From a virus, in the IMG/VR virus record IMGVR_UViG_3300025108_000015, positions 96,001 to 160,000 of that record: a stretch of DNA of 64,000 nt. One strand, given 5' to 3'. Both the position numbers and the translations under genes were made by a program. Positions 47,136-56,049 of this stretch are shown one piece after another. Position 1 is the first letter of the stretch. Every line of letters begins with the position of its first letter. The notes under the pieces were generated by a model that was not told the origin of the DNA, did not search any database, and worked only from the letters and a program-made list of their open reading frames with translations.

Positions 47136-49424
47136 ATGGGAAAATTAATAAACGAATGGGTAACGGAATCAATCCTTACCGAAGACATTAAAAAAACAGT
47201 GGTAACTTACGTAGGTAGGTTTCATCCATTCCATTCTGGCCATAACGCAACATACCAACACTTAGTTAAAAAGTTTGGTAAAGATAATGTGTATATAGGT
47301 ACGTCTGATAAGGTACAATTACCAAAGTCACCATTCACTTTCAAAGAGAAAGTTAAGATAATGACTACTATGTTTGGTATTCCCAAAAATAAAATAGTAA
47401 AGGTAAAAAACCCATATTCACCAAAAGAGATTCTACAATCATTTTCAGAAGAGACTACTGCATTTATCACAGTAGTTGGTGAGAAGGACAAGAGTAGATT
47501 GGGTGGTAAATACTTTGAACCATATAAGGGTAAGGTAGAAAAGGGTTATGCTGATGTCGGTTACGTTTATGTAGCACCATCACAAGGAAACGGAATATCT
47601 GGTACTCAAGTACGTAAGGGTATGTCTGATTCGGATGAGAAATCTCGTATTAAGTTTTTCAAGTCAGTATACCCAAAGTTCAACCAAAAGATTTATGATT
47701 TAGTTTCAGGTCGTTTAATAAAAGTAGAATCCGTAATGGAATCGTTCTTACAAACATTTGATATTAATGAAATGTTATCCGAAGCTTCATCATTACCACC
47801 AAGTGGTAAGGGTATAGTAGATGATGGTCCTGGCGCTTTCTATGGTAATATGAAAACTTTTAAGAAAGAGATGAATGATGTAACTTCTACATTAGGCTGG
47901 CAAATTATATCATACCTAATGGATGATGATTCCATGGAGTCATTTGATACATCATACCCTAATGGGTCTGGTAGATATCCGGTATCATTTTTTCCAAGTG
48001 GTGATACCATGGATGGTCAGAAAATGAGATATGGAACGGATGTAACCGGCAGACCGGGATATAAAAAGTGGGCTAAACATATTAAGAAAGTTGCCCTTCG
48101 TTTGGGTATGGAATTCGTTAAGTTTGCTGAACCAAAGGATATTGAAAATCTTACTTCTAAAATTGATAATGAAAAAACTAAAGATAAAAAAAATAATCTA
48201 AAAGAAGGTATTCTTAATGAAGGTGGTGCATATGGTCATATGAATCACCCATTTGATATTGAGTTAGGCCTTACATTTGGTGATTTAAAAATAATAATAG
48301 ATAACGCTCTAAATGGTAAGTTAGAATTTACACGAGAAAAAACCGATGGACAAGCACTTGCTATATCATATAGAAGTGACAAAGGTATCATCGCTGCAAG
48401 AAATAAATCACATCTAAAAGATAAAGGACTTAATGCATTAGACATTAAGGGTGTTTCAGATAAATTTGCTAATAGAGGTGGTTTGACCGATGCGTATAAT
48501 TTCGCTATGAGAGATTTGGAATCTGCGATTTCAAAACTATCAAAAGCACAAAAAGAAAAAGTCTTCAAGAATGGTTCAAAGTTTATGAACATCGAAGTCA
48601 TCTGGCCGGAGTCAGTAAACGTAGTACCATATGGTCAACCCCTATTAGTATTTCATGGAACTATGGAATACAACGAAAAAGGTGAAGCTATTGGAGCAGA
48701 CACCTCTGATGCAAGAATCTTAGCCGGTATGATTAAACAAGTAAATGCGGATGTACAAGATGCATATACAATACAAGGCCCTCCGGTTGTAACTCTCCCA
48801 AAGAATCAAGAACTATCAAAAATGAAATCAAAGTTCTTTAGTCAATTATCTAAAGTTCAAAAAGAATTTAAACTTAAAGATAGTGATGGTGTAGCTGAAT
48901 ACCATCAACGTTGGTGGGAACAGTATGTTGATAAAAACTCACCATCTTCATTAGACAACAAAACCAAAATGGGTCTTGTTAAACGTTGGGCATTTTATGA
49001 TAAGGGATTCCGTTTGGATAAGAAAAACATTTCTGATTCTAAAACATTAGATTGGGCAAAGAAGACTGATAAAATAGACCAAATTAAAATATCCAAACAA
49101 AACATACGTAAGTTTGAAGATATATTCTTAGGTGTAGGTGCCGAGGTATTATCCTTTATGTCATCAGCTTTAACTGTAAATCCAGACAAAGCTCTTCGTG
49201 CAATGCAAAAACGACTCGACCAAACCATCAAAGACGTTAGGAAATCGGGCGACCCAAAAAAGATTGAAAAATTAAAATTAGAATTAGAAAGACTAAAAGC
49301 CGTAGGTGGTAGAGATAAGATTGTTCCAAATGAGGGATTGGTATTCGCATATAAAGGATACACCATGAAACTTACAGGTACATTTGCATCACTCAACCAA
49401 ATCCTTGGTTTAATGTATTTTTAA
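47136..49424 (+). CDS. multidomain protein: HIGH nucleotidyltransferase, unknown domain and RNA-ligase-like nucleotidyltransferase
   Basis: YVGRFHPFHSGH; EKTDG (motif I), NIEVI, LVFHG, NEGLVF, KLTG. Confidence 0.75.
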   Translation: MGKLINEWVTESILTEDIKKTVVTYVGRFHPFHSGHNATYQHLVKKFGKDNVYIGTSDKVQLPKSPFTFKEKVKIMTTMFGIPKNKIVKVKNPYSPKEILQSFSEETTAFITVVGEKDKSRLGGKYFEPYKGKVEKGYADVGYVYVAPSQGNGISGTQVRKGMSDSDEKSRIKFFKSVYPKFNQKIYDLVSGRLIKVESVMESFLQTFDINEMLSEASSLPPSGKGIVDDGPGAFYGNMKTFKKEMNDVTSTLGWQIISYLMDDDSMESFDTSYPNGSGRYPVSFFPSGDTMDGQKMRYGTDVTGRPGYKKWAKHIKKVALRLGMEFVKFAEPKDIENLTSKIDNEKTKDKKNNLKEGILNEGGAYGHMNHPFDIELGLTFGDLKIIIDNALNGKLEFTREKTDGQALAISYRSDKGIIAARNKSHLKDKGLNALDIKGVSDKFANRGGLTDAYNFAMRDLESAISKLSKAQKEKVFKNGSKFMNIEVIWPESVNVVPYGQPLLVFHGTMEYNEKGEAIGADTSDARILAGMIKQVNADVQDAYTIQGPPVVTLPKNQELSKMKSKFFSQLSKVQKEFKLKDSDGVAEYHQRWWEQYVDKNSPSSLDNKTKMGLVKRWAFYDKGFRLDKKNISDSKTLDWAKKTDKIDQIKISKQNIRKFEDIFLGVGAEVLSFMSSALTVNPDKALRAMQKRLDQTIKDVRKSGDPKKIEKLKLELERLKAVGGRDKIVPNEGLVFAYKGYTMKLTGTFASLNQILGLMYF

Positions 49425-49460
49425 CATACTTATAGTAATAAAAGTTATATATAAAAAGTT

Positions 49461-50039
49461 ATGTCAAAATTAAACAACATCAAGGCAGTCAAAGAAATGA
49501 TTGCTGGAAACCACCGAACACAAACAAAGAACACGGTGGCATTTGATGCACATAAAGAGTTCGTCAAACGAGAAGTTGGTGACCAGTGGATTGATGATGA
49601 TGGAAATACATGGGAGCAGAAGAAAGGATACAAAGTAAAACTTGGTAAACTTTCGGAATTGAGAAACACACTCAAGGACTTTCCTAATTGTAAAAAAGAT
49701 ACGTGTACATCGCATACGAATCCAACTCGTAACGATATTAAGATGCAGGCCATTCATGGTATGTGTCTAAATTGTGTTATTAGTATGGAACATCAAATGA
49801 AAATTGATGGTACGTATAGTGAGTATGAACGTAAAAAGAAGCTAGAAAACGCAAAAGCTTGGTTAGCCCAAGCTGAGTTGGAAAAGGATACTATAAAGTT
49901 AGCTATGAAAGCTAGGTTTGTGAATGAAGATGGGTCACTTGAAGATTGGGATGGTGGTTCATGGGAAGAGATTGAAGAAAAGATAGAAACTGAGTTTCAA
50001 AATTTTAAAGAAACCTTTATCCAAAAATTGGAGAAATAA
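49461..50039 (+). CDS. conserved hypothetical protein
   Basis: REVGDQWIDDDGNTWEQKKG, CxxxxC...CxxC. Confidence 0.75.
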   Translation: MSKLNNIKAVKEMIAGNHRTQTKNTVAFDAHKEFVKREVGDQWIDDDGNTWEQKKGYKVKLGKLSELRNTLKDFPNCKKDTCTSHTNPTRNDIKMQAIHGMCLNCVISMEHQMKIDGTYSEYERKKKLENAKAWLAQAELEKDTIKLAMKARFVNEDGSLEDWDGGSWEEIEEKIETEFQNFKETFIQKLEK

Positions 50040-50040
50040 A

Positions 50041-50451
50041 TTGAAAACATTTATTAAAGAAACATATAAATTCTACACCGAAGATGGTATACCTCATACA
50101 TTAGCTATGGAGTATACCATTTCCGATGTTTACGAACGACTATGTACTGAAGGTGTAATGACTGAAGATTTACGTAAGTGGTTTGGTAAAGGTAAGACTG
50201 GTTCATCAGATGGTGGTGGATGGGATAGATATAGTTCTGATGGTAAGAAGTTAGGTAAATGTGGTGATGGTAAAGAGGGTGGTGCATACGCTGCATGTTT
50301 ATCAAAAGAAAAGGCTGCAAAACTTGGACCAAAGGGTAGAGCAACTTTCGTGAATAGAAAGAGACGTGCTCAAAAGAAGAGTGGCGATTCAAAAAAAGGT
50401 GGAAATCGGACTAAAGGAAAAAAACCAACAAACTCAAAGACTGGGGCATAA
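50041..50451 (+). CDS. putative internal head protein
   Basis: TTG start with GGAG RBS; MTE|DLRKWFG...GKCG...YAACL module. Confidence 0.65.
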   Translation: MKTFIKETYKFYTEDGIPHTLAMEYTISDVYERLCTEGVMTEDLRKWFGKGKTGSSDGGGWDRYSSDGKKLGKCGDGKEGGAYAACLSKEKAAKLGPKGRATFVNRKRRAQKKSGDSKKGGNRTKGKKPTNSKTGA

Positions 50452-50454
50452 GAT

Positions 50455-50754
50455 ATGATTAAGTTAAAACAATTACTAAACGAGAGTGATTACAAGATAT
50501 ATCACAAATCATTTACTGCAGCATCTGAAGAAGCAAGGAAGCTTGCTGAAAAACGTGGATTCGAAATCGATGAAGACGATTGGCAGTCTCAGATTGTAAT
50601 GGGTGGTCGTAACAAACGCTCAAGACCAAGTGAAGGTAAAACTACTGAGTTCACAATTAGATTACTTAAAGGTGGTAAACCACAACGTAAGTCTCTTCAA
50701 ATCCAAGTATATGGTATGAAGAAGGGTTATGAACTAAACGCATACATCAACTAA
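50455..50754 (+). CDS. putative internal head protein
   Basis: N-terminal MIKLKQLLNE. Confidence 0.7.
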   Translation: MIKLKQLLNESDYKIYHKSFTAASEEARKLAEKRGFEIDEDDWQSQIVMGGRNKRSRPSEGKTTEFTIRLLKGGKPQRKSLQIQVYGMKKGYELNAYIN

Positions 50755-50762
50755 GGGGTATT

Positions 50763-52559
50763 ATGAATACTAAACTAAATAAATCGGTTAAGAAGTTTTT
50801 AGATGATTATCTAAAAGATGAAAAAAAGAATTCGCCAGAACATCAAGAATCGGTTATGCTGATTATGAGAGGCGCCTTAACTGACGCTAACTTTCATAGT
50901 GAAGCAAAACAATTAGGTAAATACTTTCCAAAAGCAGGTAAGAAATACATTGGTACACCAATGGAAGATGTGATTGAAAGTAAGGGTATTGCTATTGCTA
51001 AAGCTGCAAAGTGGGATGGTCATGATATCATTGACGCATTTGCATTTTACCTAAGTATGTCAATTGGTGGTTCATTCGGAAATAGATTGATGTCACTAAA
51101 AGAATCAATTGAAGAGTCATTAGTTGAAGAGGGTGAAAAGTTAGACGAGAAGAATGTACCAACTAACCCATCTAAATGGGCTTACTATAAAGCACAAGCA
51201 AAGAAGAAGTTTGACGTATACCCATCAGCATATGCAAATGGTTGGGCTTCAAAACAATACAAAAAAGCTGGTGGTGGTTGGAAGACTGAATCAGTAAACG
51301 AAGGTATGGTAAGTCCAAGTAAAGGGCATGCTTACTATAAGTTGAGTAAAGACACCCCAATCAAATATGTATCAGGTCATTATGGAGTCGGATTAAAAGT
51401 TCCTGGTGTATTACTTCATAACGAATATGATACAATCAAAGGTCAGAAGGGTGCTTACATTATCAATTACTTCAATCAACATTTCTATGTGGATATTAAA
51501 AACAAATTTGCATCAAGAATTGCCCATCCAGATAATAAAGAGCAAAATAAAGATTTGAAAAAAAATATGCAGTTCTCGGCAGTTGCACCTGACCACAAAG
51601 ATTGGAAGAAATATGTGAAGGAATCAGTAAACGAAGGTTATGGTAAATTCATTAAAGCTAAAAACCTTACTGATATCATTAAATTATCAAAGCAAAAGAA
51701 AAACGCAACATTCTATGTAACTGATGATAACAATTCTCGTATTGGTGCATTTTATTTAAAGAATGGTAAGTTTGCTAAAGCAACTACTGCAAACCCTAGC
51801 TATGATTTACAAAATAACAAAACTAAGTTAAGAGATAGAAGTGATGTAATCTACAAGTATAAAGTAGACGAATCAGTAAACGAAGCTAAGGATAAAGTAT
51901 TTGTAGTGATGTTTAAGGTCAAAAAAGATTTACCCAATAGAAGTGTAAAACCATCTTCAGCTGTATATGCAAAAGAAGCTGATGCTAAGAAATTCTTAAA
52001 ATCGGTTGAGAAAGATGGTGGTAAGGGAATGATTGTAAAGTCTAATAAACCCGTTGGTGTAAAGGTAAATGAAGCTGCAACAAGAACTGCTGTGGAAATT
52101 GGTGGTTTGACCGGTGTGAATAAAGATGCTATCCAAAAGTTTGTTGATGATAACAAATTAGACATTGAGAAAGTATACCAATTCGTTAAGAAAGGTAAAC
52201 TTGCTGATAGAATGAAGTTAGTATCTGCAATCGCAGGTAAACCTAATAACCCAGTTCAAAAGAAGATGGTTAAACAATTCGGTGAAGGTATCATCAAAGA
52301 AGCAAAAGTAAGATTGGGTAAAGACTCAGTAAACTTCAAAGTGATGGGTGACTCAAAGGGATTGACCCTAATCGCTGCAAGTGGTAATGACTTAGATGGT
52401 CTTCAAGATGCAATTGAAAATAATGTTGATGTGAAAGAAGAATTGAGAAAGACACTTGAGAAACAACTTAAAGTTCCAGTTGAAGTGGATAGAGATTACG
52501 ATGGTGCTGGTTTTAGATTCAACATTGACTTTTACTCATTGGCTAAAAAGGTAAAGTAA
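50763..52559 (+). CDS. modular putative internal head polyprotein with ESVNE linkers
   Basis: Three ESVNE linkers plus LDE, VNE and IKE junctions; YPSAYANGW module. Confidence 0.75.
   Translation: MNTKLNKSVKKFLDDYLKDEKKNSPEHQESVMLIMRGALTDANFHSEAKQLGKYFPKAGKKYIGTPMEDVIESKGIAIAKAAKWDGHDIIDAFAFYLSMSIGGSFGNRLMSLKESIEESLVEEGEKLDEKNVPTNPSKWAYYKAQAKKKFDVYPSAYANGWASKQYKKAGGGWKTESVNEGMVSPSKGHAYYKLSKDTPIKYVSGHYGVGLKVPGVLLHNEYDTIKGQKGAYIINYFNQHFYVDIKNKFASRIAHPDNKEQNKDLKKNMQFSAVAPDHKDWKKYVKESVNEGYGKFIKAKNLTDIIKLSKQKKNATFYVTDDNNSRIGAFYLKNGKFAKATTANPSYDLQNNKTKLRDRSDVIYKYKVDESVNEAKDKVFVVMFKVKKDLPNRSVKPSSAVYAKEADAKKFLKSVEKDGGKGMIVKSNKPVGVKVNEAATRTAVEIGGLTGVNKDAIQKFVDDNKLDIEKVYQFVKKGKLADRMKLVSAIAGKPNNPVQKKMVKQFGEGIIKEAKVRLGKDSVNFKVMGDSKGLTLIAASGNDLDGLQDAIENNVDVKEELRKTLEKQLKVPVEVDRDYDGAGFRFNIDFYSLAKKVK
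51288..51885 (+). repeat. three exact 16-nt repeats GAATCAGTAAACGAAG
   Basis: At 51288-303, 51621-36 and 51870-85. Confidence 0.9.
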
Positions 52560-52560
52560 G

Positions 52561-53430
52561 ATGACTAAAACACAACTCAAGGAATTAATCAGAGAAGAAT
52601 ACCATAACGTAAAAGACTTTATGGAAGATAAGTATGGTTTTACTCCTGAGCTGGGTAAGGTCATTGACAACCCATATGTATCATCATTTAAAAATGAAGC
52701 TACATATTCAAGTGGATTATATATGATACTTGACAAAGATGGTAAAGTCGTTGATAAGGGTCTTGAAAGTAATATGTGGTATTCCTTTGAAAAATATAGA
52801 GGTAAAGGAACACACTATATCGTATCAAAGAAAAACCTAAGTAAAGCACAATCACTTATCAAAAAATATCAGTCAGACCTTAGTAATACTAAGTTCAGAG
52901 ATTCGATGTTTAAATTGTACAAGGAATCAGTATCAACTGAAGCGTTATCAGATTATGAAAAAGATGGTGCTGACTACGAACAATTATACAAAGATTACTT
53001 ATACTCTAAGAAGAGAAAAACCGAAGGTGATGAAGTAATCGATGAGTATGATGTTGATACTATTGAAGAGACGACTGATTTCATAAACTTTATGAAAGAA
53101 TACTCTCAGATGTTAAATTTACATAAAGAGCAGAATAGTGATATCTACGCACTAAACCCAACACTTGATGAAGCAGAGTATCAAGGTCGTGACGTAAAAC
53201 TTGGTAAACCAATGCAAGGTGATGTTAAGAAGTTTAAAGTATACGTAAAGAATCCAAAGGGAAATGTTGTAAAGGTAAACTTCGGACATGGTGGAACATC
53301 TGCAAAGGGTAAAACAATGTCTATCAAAAAGAATGACCCTGCGAGACGTAAGGCATTTAGAGCAAGACATAATTGTGATAATCCTGGACCACGACATAAA
53401 GCTAGATATTGGTCTTGTCGTAAGTGGTAA
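52561..53430 (+). CDS. modular putative internal head protein
   Basis: LKELIREE N-terminus; LDE|AEYQGR...KVNFG...RARHNC...ARYWSCRKW module. Confidence 0.75.
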   Translation: MTKTQLKELIREEYHNVKDFMEDKYGFTPELGKVIDNPYVSSFKNEATYSSGLYMILDKDGKVVDKGLESNMWYSFEKYRGKGTHYIVSKKNLSKAQSLIKKYQSDLSNTKFRDSMFKLYKESVSTEALSDYEKDGADYEQLYKDYLYSKKRKTEGDEVIDEYDVDTIEETTDFINFMKEYSQMLNLHKEQNSDIYALNPTLDEAEYQGRDVKLGKPMQGDVKKFKVYVKNPKGNVVKVNFGHGGTSAKGKTMSIKKNDPARRKAFRARHNCDNPGPRHKARYWSCRKW

Positions 53431-53490
53431 CTTAATTAACTCCGAGTTACATACTTATATAAACAAGTAAGTTTAACAAAAGAGAGAATT

Positions 53491-53808
53491 ATGACAAAAC
53501 TTAAAAATTGGTTCATCGGTCTATGGAATAGATTATTGAACAAAACTACCATTGATGAACAAATCATGGAAACAGTAGCAGATGCAAAGGAAAAGCTAGA
53601 ATCAGTTAAAGAAGAGTTTGCTGATGTAGCAGAAGAACTTAAAGACGTAATGTCGGCCATTAAGGGAAAGGTTACTAAAAGTAAACTTCGTTCGATGACA
53701 AAAGTACAAATGCTTGAAGCTGCTAAAAAAGACCACAATGTTGATTTGGATTCTAAACTAAACAAGACGAATCTAATTAATAAAGTTTACGAACTTTACA
53801 ACAAGTAA
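53491..53808 (+). CDS. coiled-coil protein with a C-terminal Rho-N-like helix pair
   Basis: LRSMTKVQMLEAAK...LNKTNLINKV. Confidence 0.65.
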   Translation: MTKLKNWFIGLWNRLLNKTTIDEQIMETVADAKEKLESVKEEFADVAEELKDVMSAIKGKVTKSKLRSMTKVQMLEAAKKDHNVDLDSKLNKTNLINKVYELYNK

Positions 53809-53811
53809 TTT

Positions 53812-54393
53812 GTGAGAAATTATTTCGGAGATATCAAGACCCTTCTGATAGTAGTATTAGGAGTTATTATATTTTTGACACGTGGTTGTCAGAACGGGTC
53901 TGATATTACCGAACCACAAGTTATTACTGAAGTAGTCACAAAATGGGATACTGTACAAATTGAAAAAACCAAGTACATCCCAAAGGTAGTGGAGAAGGTA
54001 GTAGTTAATATTGATACATTTACTACACCAATTGATACATTATCAGTATTAAAAGATTATTACGCAAAATACTTTTATACTGACACTATTATTATAGATT
54101 CGCTAGGTTATGTTACTATTAACGATACGATAACACGTAACCTAATTTCATTTAGAGATGTTCAATCCGAAATACTCATCCCAACAACTACAATTACTAA
54201 TACTGTTTACATCAACAAACGTGAACTCTATGTGGGTACTACGTTAAATGGTGACCGAACTCAATTATATAACTTGAGCGGTAATCTTTTATACAAAACA
54301 AAAAAACGTAATGTATATAATATTGGGGTAGGTGTAGATAGTGACTTCAAGCCCGTTTACACAATTGGTATGTATTGGAAGTTTGGTAAATAA
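53812..54393 (+). CDS. membrane/lipoprotein, possibly spanin-like
   Basis: Hydrophobic N-terminus ending TRGC; C-terminal beta strands ending YWKFGK. Confidence 0.55.
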   Translation: MRNYFGDIKTLLIVVLGVIIFLTRGCQNGSDITEPQVITEVVTKWDTVQIEKTKYIPKVVEKVVVNIDTFTTPIDTLSVLKDYYAKYFYTDTIIIDSLGYVTINDTITRNLISFRDVQSEILIPTTTITNTVYINKRELYVGTTLNGDRTQLYNLSGNLLYKTKKRNVYNIGVGVDSDFKPVYTIGMYWKFGK

Positions 54394-54401
54394 TAGGTGA
54401 T

Positions 54402-55976
54402 ATGCCAAAAGATATAAAAACACTAATCAGGGAAGAGTGGGTTAAGTGTGCTAAGGATCCAGTATATTTCTTCAAGAAGTATTGTTATATCCAACACCCC
54501 CACCGAGGTAAGATTTTATTTAATCTTTACCCATTTCAAGAAGACTTAATGACAAGTGTAAATGAGGAACGATTCAACGTAATCCTCAAGTCACGTCAGT
54601 TGGGTATCTCAACACTATCAGCCGGGTATTCACTATGGTTGATGTTGTTTCATGAAGATAAAAACATTCTTGTAATTGCTACCAAACAAGAGGTAGCTAA
54701 GAATCTTGTTACTAAGGTAAGATTCATGCATGATAATTTACCAACGTGGCTAAAGGGTCAGACTGAAGAAGATAACAAACTATCCTTACGATTACGAAAT
54801 GGTTCTCAAATTAAAGCAACATCTGCCGCAGGTGATGCTGGTCGTTCTGAAGCATTATCAATGTTGATTATCGATGAGGCTGCATTCATTAACAATGTAG
54901 AAGAGATTTGGACTTCGGCACAATCTACACTTTCTACCGGTGGTGGTGCTATTGTATTATCTACTCCAAATGGTGTGGGTAATTGGTTTCACAAGATTTG
55001 GGTTCAAGGTCAACAAGGAGACCAGTGGAATCCAACCGAATTACATTGGACGGTACATCCTGAGAGAAATCAATTGTGGAGAGATGAACAAGAGAAATTA
55101 TTAGGAGCTAAGGGCGCAGCACAAGAGTGTGATTGTGACTTTATCAGTTCTGGCCATACGGTAGTTGAAGGTGCTACATTACAATGGTACGAAGAAACGT
55201 ATGTAAAAGACCCAATTGAAAAACGTGGGTTTGATGGTAACTATTGGTTATGGGACTATCCAAATTATTCTCGTGATTATGTAGTAGTTGCCGATGTCGC
55301 AAGAGGTGACTCATCCGATTATTCAGCATTCCATGTATTCGATGTAGAGACTGTTGAACAAGTAGCAGAATACAAAGGTAAGATTGATACTAAACAATAT
55401 GGTGCAATGTTAACTTCGGTAGCGGCGGAATGGAACAACGCAATGTTGGTGATTGAAAACGCAAATATTGGTTGGGCAGTGATACAAGAAGTAATTGATA
55501 GAAACTATGATAATCTATATTATTCATATAGAGATGTAGGTTACATAGATGATGATATACATCTCAGAAAAGGTTTTGACTTAAAACGTAAAGAGGATAT
55601 GGTTCCTGGATTTTCTATGACAAGTAGAACTCGACCATTAGTAATATCTAAGTTAGATATGTATATGAGAGAGAGGACCCCTATAATCCATTCTAAGAGA
55701 CTTATAGACGAATTGTTTGTATTCATATGGAATGGTAGTAGAGCTGAAGCACAACGTGGTTATAATGATGACTTGGTGATATCATTCTCCACCGGTCTTT
55801 GGGTACGTGATACGGCATTAAAATTAAGACAACAGGGTATGGATTTAACGAGAACTACATTAGGGCATATGGGTAAGTCAAGTACCGGTGTTTATTCTAA
55901 CCGTAACCTCGGCCAAGACCCATGGAAACAAAAAGACCAACATGGAAAGGACCAAGATTTAACTTGGTTACTTTAA
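54402..55976 (+). CDS. gp17: terminase large subunit
   Basis: KSRQLGIST, LIIDEAAF, STPNG, VADVARG, NDDLV. Confidence 0.96.
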   Translation: MPKDIKTLIREEWVKCAKDPVYFFKKYCYIQHPHRGKILFNLYPFQEDLMTSVNEERFNVILKSRQLGISTLSAGYSLWLMLFHEDKNILVIATKQEVAKNLVTKVRFMHDNLPTWLKGQTEEDNKLSLRLRNGSQIKATSAAGDAGRSEALSMLIIDEAAFINNVEEIWTSAQSTLSTGGGAIVLSTPNGVGNWFHKIWVQGQQGDQWNPTELHWTVHPERNQLWRDEQEKLLGAKGAAQECDCDFISSGHTVVEGATLQWYEETYVKDPIEKRGFDGNYWLWDYPNYSRDYVVVADVARGDSSDYSAFHVFDVETVEQVAEYKGKIDTKQYGAMLTSVAAEWNNAMLVIENANIGWAVIQEVIDRNYDNLYYSYRDVGYIDDDIHLRKGFDLKRKEDMVPGFSMTSRTRPLVISKLDMYMRERTPIIHSKRLIDELFVFIWNGSRAEAQRGYNDDLVISFSTGLWVRDTALKLRQQGMDLTRTTLGHMGKSSTGVYSNRNLGQDPWKQKDQHGKDQDLTWLL

Positions 55977-56049
55977 ATTTGGTACTTTAATTTATTTTTT
56001 GTATATTTATAACTTGTAGAAGTATATACTTTTAGTTAGAGACGAAATT

